Made by a program: the position numbers and the translations under genes
From: an uncultured Ardenticatenaceae bacterium
Lineage (GTDB): Bacteria > Chloroflexota > Anaerolineae > Promineifilales > Promineifilaceae
Assembly: GCA_964467705.1 (NCBI GenBank)
Contig: CAYXUZ010000011.1
Span: 572 to 64,571, forward strand
DNA length: 64,000 bases
Direction: 5' to 3'
Part shown: positions 55,093 through 63,380 of the stretch, one piece after another
How positions within the stretch are numbered: position 1 is the stretch's first letter
Layout: every line of letters starts with the position of its first letter
The notes under the pieces: model-generated
What the model was told of the DNA's origin: nothing
The model's database searches: none
What the model saw: the letters and a program-made list of their open reading frames with translations, nothing else

Positions 55093-56418
55093 TTAGAGCA
55101 TTGTTTTGGCTTTGAGTTCCAGGTAGCGATTGATGACGGCGATGGAAAGCTGGTTGGCAGGCACATCCAGCGTCAGCACGCCGCGATTGCGCAGCGTGTC
55201 CAGCGCCACTTTGCGTTCGTCCAGCAGTTGGGCGGCGGCGGCGCGCTGGTAGACGGTTTGGGAATCCACCGGGCGCTGCCGGGCGGCCTGCACTACATCG
55301 GGATCACTAATTGTCACCACCAGCGGCAGGCTGCGCCGCGCCAGTACGGACACATGCGAGACCAATGCATCCATGCTCACCCCGCCGCTTAAATCGGTAA
55401 AAATGACGATGAGGGCGCGTTTGCGTTGTTTGGTTGCCAGGTAACTCAGGGCGCGCCGGTAATCGGACTCCACCGGCTCAGCTTCTACGGCGTAGAGCAG
55501 TTCCAACATGCGGTAAAACTGGCCGCGCCCCTGCCGGGGAGCCAGATATTGGCGCACGTCCTGGGCGAAGCTCATCATGCCCACTTTGTCCCCCTTGCCG
55601 CTGGCGACGTAGCCGAGCAGGAGGACGGCGTTGATGACGTAGTCCAACTTGGCCATGTGGGCCACGGGACTTTGCATCATGCGGCCTACGTCTAGCAGGG
55701 CGACCACGTTTTGGCTGCGTTCGGTCTGGTATTCGACGGTGACGGGGCGGTGGCGGCGGGCGGTGGCTTTCCAATCAATGCGGCGGTATTCGTCGTCGGG
55801 CAGGTATTCGCGCAGACGCTCAAATTCGGTGCCTTCGCCGAACTGGCGGGTGCTGCGCAGGCCAAGTTCTTGCAGCCGGTTGCGGCGCAGCAGCAGATCG
55901 TAGCGGCGCACGTCGAGCAGGTTGGGGTATACCTTGACGGCTTCGTCCAGGTCGGCGCGGCCCTGGCGCATGATGAGACCCAGCGGGCCAGGCCAGCGCA
56001 GGTTGAGTTTGCCAAAGGTGTAATCGCCGCGGCGCAGGGGGTGGACGTGGTAGGTGGTTTGCCATTGTTGGCGGGCGGGCACACGGCCGTATACCACCCG
56101 CATATCTACGCCAAACTCATCCGGCGGCTCGTCCCGCGCGGCAATGGCGATGGAGCGCGGGCTGCGGTTGCGCACCGTCAGGGTGATAGGGTTGTCTGCG
56201 CCCAGGCTGAGTTTGTCATCGTGGTCGCGGTGAACGTCAAAACGGTGGGTGAGGGGCTGCGCCAGCCGCCAATCTAGCGCCAAGAGCAACAGCAGCAGGA
56301 TGATATAGGCCAGCCCCACCCATTGCAGCAGCGGCGCCCAGGTTCCCGCCGCGATGATGGGCGCAGCCAGGAGAAGGATCAGGAGGCCGCGGTTGGTGAT
56401 GTGCATGGCTCGATGCAA
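55093..56418 (-). CDS. DUF58-family protein (vWA-like, MoxR partner)
   Basis: LREYLPDDEYRRIDWKATARRHRPVTVEYQTERSQNV is the DUF58 signature. Two N-terminal TM helices. Confidence 0.88.
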   Translation of the reverse strand: MHRAMHITNRGLLILLLAAPIIAAGTWAPLLQWVGLAYIILLLLLLALDWRLAQPLTHRFDVHRDHDDKLSLGADNPITLTVRNRSPRSIAIAARDEPPDEFGVDMRVVYGRVPARQQWQTTYHVHPLRRGDYTFGKLNLRWPGPLGLIMRQGRADLDEAVKVYPNLLDVRRYDLLLRRNRLQELGLRSTRQFGEGTEFERLREYLPDDEYRRIDWKATARRHRPVTVEYQTERSQNVVALLDVGRMMQSPVAHMAKLDYVINAVLLLGYVASGKGDKVGMMSFAQDVRQYLAPRQGRGQFYRMLELLYAVEAEPVESDYRRALSYLATKQRKRALIVIFTDLSGGVSMDALVSHVSVLARRSLPLVVTISDPDVVQAARQRPVDSQTVYQRAAAAQLLDERKVALDTLRNRGVLTLDVPANQLSIAVINRYLELKAKTML

Positions 56419-56452
56419 GACCCTAAGGGTTTTCAGAAACCCTTAGGGTCTT
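56417..56452. repeat. REP-like hairpin AAGACCCTAAGGGTTT-TCAG-AAACCCTTAGGGTCTT (copy 1)
   Basis: 16-bp perfect stem between the MoxR stop and the DUF58 start. A near-identical copy is at 62440-62473. Confidence 0.9.
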
Positions 56453-56462
56453 GGCCGATTCC

Positions 56463-57419
56463 TTACCGGGGCACTTCTACCTGGCGCAGCAGGCGGCGGA
56501 CGACGGCGTCGGGATTGAGACCTTCGATTTCCGCTTCCGGTTTGAGCAGGATGCGGTGGCGGTAGACGGGTAAGGTGACGTATTTCACGTCATCCGGCGT
56601 CACATAATCGCGCCCTTGCAGGGCGGCGTAGGTTTTGGACGCCAGCAATACATGGGTGGCGGCGCGGGTGCTGGCCCCCAATGTGAGGTCGGGTGACTGG
56701 CGGGAGGCGGCGGCCACCTGGGCGATGTACGTCAGGATGCCATCTTCGACGACGACCTGGTTGATGGCCTGCCGCGCGGTCACGATGTCGGCGGCGGGTA
56801 AGGTCACTTGCAGCCCGGCGGCGGCCAGATCGTGGGCGTCGAAGCCGTGATGGTAGCGACGCAGCACTTCGATGTCGTTGTCGAGTGTGCCGTAGGGAGT
56901 GAGGACTTTGAATAGGAAGCGGTCTAGTTGCGCTTCGGGCAGGGGGTAGGTGCCTTCGTATTCGATGGGGTTTTGGGTGGCGATGACCATGAAGGGGGGC
57001 GGCAGCAGGTAGCGTTCGCCTTCCAGGTTGATTTGCCGCTCTTCCATCGCTTCCAGCAGGGCGGATTGGGTTTTGGCGGGGGCGCGGTTGATTTCGTCGG
57101 CAAGCAGGATTTGGGTGAAGATAGGCCCTTTTTTGAGGAAGAATTGGCCGCTGGTGATGTCGAAGACGCTGGTGCCCAGGATGTCTGAGGGCATGAGGTC
57201 GGGCGTGAACTGGATGCGGGTGAATTGGGCCTGCACCAGATGGGCCAGGGTTTTGGCCATGAGGGTTTTGGCCGTTCCCGGAACCCCTTCCAGCAGCACA
57301 TGTCCGCCGGTGAGCAGGGCAATGGTGAGCAGTTCAAAGGGTTCTTCCAGGCCAACCAGGACTTTATCTGCTTCCTGGCGCAGTTGTTGGGCGATGGGTT
57401 GGAGGGCTGTTGGGTTCAT
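56463..57419 (-). CDS. MoxR-family AAA+ ATPase
   Basis: Walker A GVPGTAKT, Walker [11 protein letters not shown], and [24 protein letters not shown]. Confidence 0.93.
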   Translation of the reverse strand: MNPTALQPIAQQLRQEADKVLVGLEEPFELLTIALLTGGHVLLEGVPGTAKTLMAKTLAHLVQAQFTRIQFTPDLMPSDILGTSVFDITSGQFFLKKGPIFTQILLADEINRAPAKTQSALLEAMEERQINLEGERYLLPPPFMVIATQNPIEYEGTYPLPEAQLDRFLFKVLTPYGTLDNDIEVLRRYHHGFDAHDLAAAGLQVTLPAADIVTARQAINQVVVEDGILTYIAQVAAASRQSPDLTLGASTRAATHVLLASKTYAALQGRDYVTPDDVKYVTLPVYRHRILLKPEAEIEGLNPDAVVRRLLRQVEVPR

Positions 57420-57880
57420 AGCTTCAATATCTTGTAAATGATGAGGATGCCGGCCACAAAGACGAGAAACGATAGAATTTCAAGGTTTATCTCATTGCTT
57501 GTGCCAACAGCTCCTTGAGAGAATGTTTCTGCTTCAAATTTGAGCAGCACGTACAAGAACATGCCGGCGATAAACCCGACAATGCCGATAACCAGGGCGG
57601 TTAGTCGCCCCATGATATGGGTCAACCGGGCTACCAGGCCCAGTCTGATCAGGATTTTGTTCGCCAGATGGTAGAACAAGACGATTGTTCCAATGGGTAT
57701 CAGAATGTCTTTTATGGTGAGGACAAGCATGGACTCTGATTCAATGATGAGGGTTTCAAGCCAGGTAGAAACGCCTAAAGCGAGACCCAGAGCAAACCCT
57801 TTACAGAAGTTGGCGATGAGGGCAATGGTAAACGTCTGAACTTTATGGCTGGCTTTTTTATCCGCGACTTCTAATTCCAT
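57416..57880 (-). CDS. Hypothetical polytopic membrane protein co-transcribed with MoxR
   Basis: 154 aa, about 4 TM helices, lower GC. Its stop overlaps the MoxR start. Confidence 0.5.
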   Translation of the reverse strand: MELEVADKKASHKVQTFTIALIANFCKGFALGLALGVSTWLETLIIESESMLVLTIKDILIPIGTIVLFYHLANKILIRLGLVARLTHIMGRLTALVIGIVGFIAGMFLYVLLKFEAETFSQGAVGTSNEINLEILSFLVFVAGILIIYKILKL

Positions 57881-58059
57881 TTTTTTTGACCTCCGTGTAT
57901 TGTTCCCCTACGGCCGTCGCATTTCTGCCGGCAGGAATGTTGTGCCCACTATACCCCATTTTGTCAGGTTCAAACAATCACTTTGGCAGACCACAATGGC
58001 GCACGGCCGTACCCATCCCCCACATGCCACAAAACAATGGTTTCCCGGTGCAGATGAGG

Positions 58060-58094
58060 AGAGAAAACCTGACAGGCCTCAAACGACCTGTCAG
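58060..58094 (-). terminator. Intrinsic terminator downstream of the dehydrogenase gene
   Basis: On the minus strand: CTGACAGG-TCGTTTGAGG-CCTGTCAG, followed by GTTTTCTCTCC. Confidence 0.6.
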
Positions 58095-58107
58095 ATTTTG
58101 TGTCAGT

Positions 58108-59547
58108 TTATGCTTTTTGGGGGATGGCCTGGGGAGAGAGACCGTTAGGTGAGGGAGCGGCGGCGGTTTCTTTTTGCAGTAACGGGCCGCCGACGGCCAG
58201 GAAGTCATACCCTTTCTCAACCAGGGTCATGTAGTCGGGAATCATGCGACGGCCGTCAATGACCAGATAGGGCGGCTTGACCGCTTTTTCAATGGTGCGC
58301 GAGAGACCACGAAACTCTTCCCAGTCGGTGGAGATAAACACGGCATCTGTGCCTTTGAGCGCATCCTGCACCGTCTCATGGTAAGTAATGCGCTCGAAAA
58401 GGTGATTCTTTTCCGGGTTGAACCAATATTCCTGGGCGGCCTGCATGGCCAGCGGATCATAGGTGCGGATTTCTTTTACACCTTTGCTCAAGAGGGATTC
58501 CACCGCTTTGAGGGCGGCCGAGTCGCGCATATCGTTGGTACGTTTTTTGAAGGCCAGCCCCAAGAGGGCTACCGTTTTCTGGTTGAAGTTGAAGTGGGCT
58601 TCATGCACGGCGCGGTCAATCAGGTAGGTTTTCTGGTATTCGTTGATGTTATAGACGGCTTGCAACAGGTCGGTGGAACAACCGGCCTGGTTGAGCTGGT
58701 AGATGAGAGATTGGATGTCTTTGCCAAAGCAGCTACCCCCAGCGCCGTTGCTGACGTAGGAACCCCAGGTGCTAATACGGCCGTCGGCCGTCACCCCAAT
58801 CTTCAAATCCTCCATGCGCACATTGGGCAGGTTTTCGGCCACCCGTGCCCCAACGCCATTCCAGAAGGAGATATAAGTCAGCAGCAGGGTGTTGCCCATG
58901 TACTTGATGGCTTCGGCCGTTTCCGGCGTCGTTTCCACATACTTGATGCGCACATGGTTGACAAATTGGGAATACACCCGGCGCAAAATCTGGAAATCTT
59001 CAGCTGTATCCGCGCCGACAACAACACGGTCGGGGCGACGAGAGCCGTCAATGGCGTTGCCCTGCGCCAGGAATTCCGGGTTGGAGGCGACGCCGAAGTT
59101 TTCCACGCCATGTTCGGCCAACACGCGCTCCAACAGGCGGGCGGTGCCGATGGGCACAGTGCTTTTGTTGACCAACACGACCCGGTTTTTGGTAGGGCGG
59201 TCGGCTAATAATTTGGCAACATCGTTGGCCGCTTTCAGGTAATAGCTCAGGTCGGTGGAACCGTCCCGGTTGGGCGGGGTGTTGATGCACATGAAGAAGA
59301 CGTCGGTTTCGTCAATGACCTGGCTGATGCTGCTGGTGAAGTGCAAGTAACGGCCGTGTGTCTCCTGAATGGCCTCATATAAACCGGGCTCGTTCACGTA
59401 ATACTCAATTTGCGCCCGGTCGCCACTTTCATAGGCGGCGATCTTCTTGGGGTCAATGTCGTAGGCATACACCTCATGCCCCGCTTCTGCCAGGATGGCG
59501 GCGTGTGGTAAACCCACAAAACCTGTGCCGACAACGATTATTTTCAT
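58108..59547 (-). CDS. UDP-glucose/GDP-mannose dehydrogenase family nucleotide-sugar dehydrogenase
   Basis: N-terminal Rossmann MKIIVVGTGFVGLPHAA, catalytic GGSCFGKD, and LGLAFKKRTNDMRDS. Confidence 0.92.
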   Translation of the reverse strand: MKIIVVGTGFVGLPHAAILAEAGHEVYAYDIDPKKIAAYESGDRAQIEYYVNEPGLYEAIQETHGRYLHFTSSISQVIDETDVFFMCINTPPNRDGSTDLSYYLKAANDVAKLLADRPTKNRVVLVNKSTVPIGTARLLERVLAEHGVENFGVASNPEFLAQGNAIDGSRRPDRVVVGADTAEDFQILRRVYSQFVNHVRIKYVETTPETAEAIKYMGNTLLLTYISFWNGVGARVAENLPNVRMEDLKIGVTADGRISTWGSYVSNGAGGSCFGKDIQSLIYQLNQAGCSTDLLQAVYNINEYQKTYLIDRAVHEAHFNFNQKTVALLGLAFKKRTNDMRDSAALKAVESLLSKGVKEIRTYDPLAMQAAQEYWFNPEKNHLFERITYHETVQDALKGTDAVFISTDWEEFRGLSRTIEKAVKPPYLVIDGRRMIPDYMTLVEKGYDFLAVGGPLLQKETAAAPSPNGLSPQAIPQKA

Positions 59548-59566
59548 TACGATTTACTCCTTAATT

Positions 59567-59635
59567 GGGAGATTGGAGATTGGAGATGAGAGATTGTTAG
59601 TCGCAATCTCTCATCTCTAGTCTCTCATCTCTGAT
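59567..59635. repeat. Word hairpin (GGAGAT / ATCTC words)
   Basis: GGGAGATTGGAGATTGGAGATGAGAGATTG ... CAATCTCTCATCTCTAGTCTCTCATCTCTGAT. Confidence 0.8.
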
Positions 59636-59781
59636 TTTTCATGCTCTGGGATTTGAAATGTCACGGCTTTCCCCGCCGGATTCAATCGCTCGATTATACA
59701 CACACTGCACCGGGCAGGCGCAGCATGGATAAGGAAACAGGAAAACCCTTATGAACCGGCTTAATGGGGGAAGGGAATCGG

Positions 59782-61083
59782 TTAACGGTGGCGGCGGGCG
59801 AGCCAGAAGAGGCCGCCGCCGGCTATGAGTACACCCAGGATCGCCAGAGGCCATACGGCCGTACCCACCTCAGTAGTGTCCGGTTCTGGCGTGGTCGTTG
59901 GTGTGGGCAGGGGCGGCTGGTTGGTAGCCGTGGGCGGCACGGCCGTTGCCGTTGGCGTGGCGGTGTGGGTGAAGGTAGGAGATGATGTGGCGGTGGGCGC
60001 GATGGTATTGGTTGGCAGTGGTGTATGGGTGGTGGTGGGCGTGGCAGTCAGGGCGGCGGTGATAACCGGCGCTTCCCCGGCGCGGAACCAGCCGGTGGTA
60101 CTGTCCGTCAGGAAAAATTCCAGCAACATCTCGCCCACCTTGGTATTACCGCTGCGCGAGGGGTGGGTGCAATCTTCGATCATATCCTCGGCCAGCCAGA
60201 CACGGCCGTCGCTGCGCTCATTCTCCCCATCCATCCACAAATACGGCCCCCAACTCAGATAAGGCGCGACCACCTCACCTCTGGTCGGGTCGAAATTTAA
60301 GGCCGGGTCGCCATTGATTTGCCGCTCAATCAGCCACTTGACGGCAAAAGCGGTCTCGTAAGCCACCGGCTCCGGGCTGAGGCCACGTTCGTAGGTGTAG
60401 GAGCGGGTGCGGCTGGAAAGGTAGACCATTTTGAGGTTGGGGAAACGATTTTTTAGTTCGCGCACAATCGTTTCCAAATAGCCTTCTAGCTCCTGCGCCC
60501 GGTCGGGAAATTCGCCACCACGTGTGACCGTTTGTTTGATCCAGGCTACCTGCACCTGTTCGGGGGTAACGCGGGCGTGGTTTAACGAACCGGCCAGATT
60601 GGTCCACACATCGGTGTCGGCTGCCGCCCACCGGTCGGCGGTGCGCCCACCTTGCGCCCCGTTCACGGCCGTGACGTGTGGATTAACTACCGGATTCAGA
60701 TGGAGCAATTCCAAAAAGGCGTGAAATTCCGAGGTGGTGTTGGACATGCCGACGGAAATGAGGACGATACGGCCGTCCGCGTCCGGTTCGCCTGTTTCGT
60801 CCAAGGGCACAATGGAGGCGGCAATCGTTTGCCCGGCAGTTTCGTGAGCGGGGGGACGTTGGTTACGGCCGTTGGGATACAGACCACCCGTGAAGCCTGT
60901 CGCCTGCCCATCCATGCGCACATATTCGGCCGTGCCCAGGTCGGTTAATGGTGTGGCCACGGGGATGAAGGGGCCGGCGCAGATTGTCTCTTGGGCATTG
61001 GCAACGTGTGGAGTGGGTTTGACGGCCGTGCCACTTCCCAACAAGACCAACAGGATAATGAGAAAAAGTCGTCTACTTATCAT
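59782..61083 (-). CDS. Secreted esterase-like protein (SGNH/SASA-like, tentative) with PT-rich linker and C-terminal TM anchor
   Basis: Signal peptide MISRRLFLIILLVLLGSG. IVLISVGMSNT resembles the GQSNM motif. PT-rich tract, then WPLAILGVLIAGGGLFWLARRHR. The upstream 85 codons of the ORF are probably untranslated. Confidence 0.45.
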   Translation of the reverse strand: MISRRLFLIILLVLLGSGTAVKPTPHVANAQETICAGPFIPVATPLTDLGTAEYVRMDGQATGFTGGLYPNGRNQRPPAHETAGQTIAASIVPLDETGEPDADGRIVLISVGMSNTTSEFHAFLELLHLNPVVNPHVTAVNGAQGGRTADRWAAADTDVWTNLAGSLNHARVTPEQVQVAWIKQTVTRGGEFPDRAQELEGYLETIVRELKNRFPNLKMVYLSSRTRSYTYERGLSPEPVAYETAFAVKWLIERQINGDPALNFDPTRGEVVAPYLSWGPYLWMDGENERSDGRVWLAEDMIEDCTHPSRSGNTKVGEMLLEFFLTDSTTGWFRAGEAPVITAALTATPTTTHTPLPTNTIAPTATSSPTFTHTATPTATAVPPTATNQPPLPTPTTTPEPDTTEVGTAVWPLAILGVLIAGGGLFWLARRHR

Positions 61084-61212
61084 TTGTCTATCGCCGCGCA
61101 CATCCAGACATCTGATTTCTTTGAGAAATCGGATGTCTGGCCTTGCCATCGCGTGTAAAAAACAGGATTTGCAGGATAATACAACAGAAGCAACTTGCAA
61201 AACAGGAAGATT

Positions 61213-62436
61213 ATGACGGAACTGACAACAAATAGTAATCCAATAGAGACGTATTCTTCGGATGTAGAGATTGTGCAGGTGGATGGAGGGCCCGAAGCAA
61301 CTTCGGGCCGCACCTTCATCATTGTTGGCACCGCCCACATCTCACAGGAATCCACCGATCTGGTGCGCCGGGTGATTGAGCAGGAACGGCCGGATGTGGT
61401 TTGTGTGGAACTGGATGAACAGCGTTACCAGACGCTTGCCAACCAGCGCAAATGGGAATCGCTCGATTTGCGCCAGGTCATTCGCCAGAAACAGATGATG
61501 ACTCTCATCATCAACCTCATGCTCTCCTCATACCAGAAACGGTTGGGGCAAAAGCTGGGTGTGGCCCCCGGCACAGAACTGCTGGAAGCGACCAAAGTTG
61601 CCCAGGAATTGGGCATCCCCGTAGAACTGGTTGACCGCGATGTGCGCATCACCCTGCGCCGCGCCTGGAACAGCATGTCCTTTTGGGAAAAGAGCAAATT
61701 GCTCAGCGCCGGCCTGGCCGGGATGATAGAAGGGCAAGAAATCACGGAGGAGCAACTGGCCGAATTGCGGCAGACGGACGTGCTGACGGAGTTGATGCAG
61801 GAGTTGGGGCGCTTTATGCCCAAGCTCAAAACCGTGCTGATTGATGAGCGGGATACCTACATCACCCAGAAAACGTTGGCAGCGGAAGGGCAAAAGGTGG
61901 TGGCGGTGGTAGGCGCAGGGCATATGCAGGGCATTCGCCAATTGCTGGCAGCAAATCAACCCCAGGATTTATCACCGCTTGAGACCATCCCCCCACCTTC
62001 CAAAACAGGCACGATTATCGGTTGGGGGTTGCCGCTGTTGATGGTGTTGATGTTGGGGTACATTGGCGTGACGCAAGGGGCAGCGGCCTTTGGGCAAAAT
62101 CTGGCGTACTGGATTCTGGCGGGCATGATCCTGTCGGCCATAGGTGCAATTGCGGCGCTGGCCCATCCGTTGACGGTGCTGGTAGCCTTTCTCACCGCGC
62201 CGTATGCCACGCTGAATCCGCTGATTGGCGTGGGCTATATTGCGGCGCTGGCGCAGGTTTATCTGCGGCCGCCCACCGTGAAACAGTTGCAGACGGTGGG
62301 GGATGATGTGAGCGTGCCCGGCCAATGGTGGCGCAACCGGCTGCTGCGGGTGATGTTGGTGTTTGTGTTTACGACCATTGGCAATTTGATCGGCAATTTT
62401 TTGGGGGCGAGTGAGATTATCCGTAACTTGTTTTAG
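61213..62436 (+). CDS. TraB/GumN-family protein
   Basis: FIIVGTAHISQESTDLVRRVIEQERPDVVCVELDEQR and VVGAGHMQG. C-terminal TM helices. Confidence 0.85.
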   Translation: MTELTTNSNPIETYSSDVEIVQVDGGPEATSGRTFIIVGTAHISQESTDLVRRVIEQERPDVVCVELDEQRYQTLANQRKWESLDLRQVIRQKQMMTLIINLMLSSYQKRLGQKLGVAPGTELLEATKVAQELGIPVELVDRDVRITLRRAWNSMSFWEKSKLLSAGLAGMIEGQEITEEQLAELRQTDVLTELMQELGRFMPKLKTVLIDERDTYITQKTLAAEGQKVVAVVGAGHMQGIRQLLAANQPQDLSPLETIPPPSKTGTIIGWGLPLLMVLMLGYIGVTQGAAAFGQNLAYWILAGMILSAIGAIAALAHPLTVLVAFLTAPYATLNPLIGVGYIAALAQVYLRPPTVKQLQTVGDDVSVPGQWWRNRLLRVMLVFVFTTIGNLIGNFLGASEIIRNLF

Positions 62437-62439
62437 CTT

Positions 62440-62473
62440 AGACCCTAAGGGTTTTTAGAAACCCTTAGGGTCT
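62440..62473. repeat. REP-like hairpin AGACCCTAAGGGTTT-TTAG-AAACCCTTAGGGTCT (copy 2)
   Basis: Differs from the 56417-56452 copy only in the loop (TTAG vs TCAG). Lies between the TraB stop and the next start. Confidence 0.9.
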
Positions 62474-62480
62474 TCGGTTG

Positions 62481-63287
62481 ATGATGATGAAGTGGCTCAA
62501 ACGAATTTTGTTGGGGTTAGGGGGAATGATTGCCGTCGTGATTGTAATCTTCACGGCCGTGATTGTGTATGATTCGCTGTTTGGTCACGACTCGACGGAG
62601 TATACGAATGTGACGTTTACGGATGCGGCGGGTCAGGAATTGCATGGGTATCTGGCGCTGCCGCAGGGGGAAGGGACACACCCGGCGGTGTTGCTCATCC
62701 ATGAATGGTGGGGACTGAATGAAGGGATGCTGGTGCTGGCGGAGGCGCTGGCGGCCGAGGGGTATGTGGTGCTGGCGGCCGATGCGTATCGAGGACAGGT
62801 GACAGACAAGTTCCCCCGTGCCATTTATCTGCGATTAGGCACACCGGAAGAGCAGGTGTTTAATGATATTGATGCGGCGTTGGCTTATTTGCGCAGCCGC
62901 CCGGAAGTGGATGATGAGCGTGTGGCTTCAATGGGCTTTTGTTTTGGCGGCGGCCATTCGCTGCAATTGGGGATGCGTCAGTCGGAAAATCTGGCGTTGA
63001 CGATTTTGTATTATGGGGCGGTGGTAACGGAGCCGGATTTATTACGGCCGTTGACCGGTAATCAACCCGTCCTCGGCATCTTTGGCGCGGAGGATGCTTC
63101 CATTCCCACCGCCGATGTGCTGGAATTTGAAGCCGCCCTCAACAGCCTGAACATCCCCAATGAAATCATCATCTACGAAGGGGTAGGCCATGCTTTTCTG
63201 AATGAAGAAAACTACGACGAACCGGGCGCAGCGGGCGACGCCTGGCAGCAAACGCTGGACTTTTTGGCGACGAGTCTCAACGAGTAG
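62481..63287 (+). CDS. Dienelactone hydrolase family protein
   Basis: N-terminal anchor, HPAVLLIHEWWGLNE, nucleophile context MGFCFGG, and GVGHAF. Confidence 0.88.
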   Translation: MMMKWLKRILLGLGGMIAVVIVIFTAVIVYDSLFGHDSTEYTNVTFTDAAGQELHGYLALPQGEGTHPAVLLIHEWWGLNEGMLVLAEALAAEGYVVLAADAYRGQVTDKFPRAIYLRLGTPEEQVFNDIDAALAYLRSRPEVDDERVASMGFCFGGGHSLQLGMRQSENLALTILYYGAVVTEPDLLRPLTGNQPVLGIFGAEDASIPTADVLEFEAALNSLNIPNEIIIYEGVGHAFLNEENYDEPGAAGDAWQQTLDFLATSLNE

Positions 63288-63305
63288 TCAGCCAGAAGAA
63301 AGAGA

Positions 63306-63358
63306 ATCCACAGATTCCGCAGATTTCACAGATAAGAAAATCTGTGCCCTCTGTGGAT
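63306..63358. repeat. Word hairpin (CACAGAT / ATCTGTG words)
   Basis: ATCCACAGATTCCGCAGATTTCACAGAT ... AAAATCTGTGCCCTCTGTGGAT. Outer stem ATCCACAG/CTGTGGAT. Confidence 0.8.
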
Positions 63359-63380
63359 AAGTTTTGAAGGAGTGTAGCCT

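Noticed and set aside
55093-57419. vWA-MoxR conflict (ternary) system
   Set aside because: Only the common MoxR-DUF58 pair is present, with a small membrane protein and nearby RDD/SpoIIM genes. No VMAP-type, effector or STAND components are present, so it fits the widespread housekeeping-type MoxR operon.
61084-61338. N-terminal 85-codon extension of the 59782-61338 ORF (and similar extensions of 21309-22778, 51615-52517 and 9918-11276)
   Set aside because: The extensions precede an obvious signal peptide or TM start with an internal ATG. Several are encoded by intergenic repeat words, so they are unlikely to be translated.
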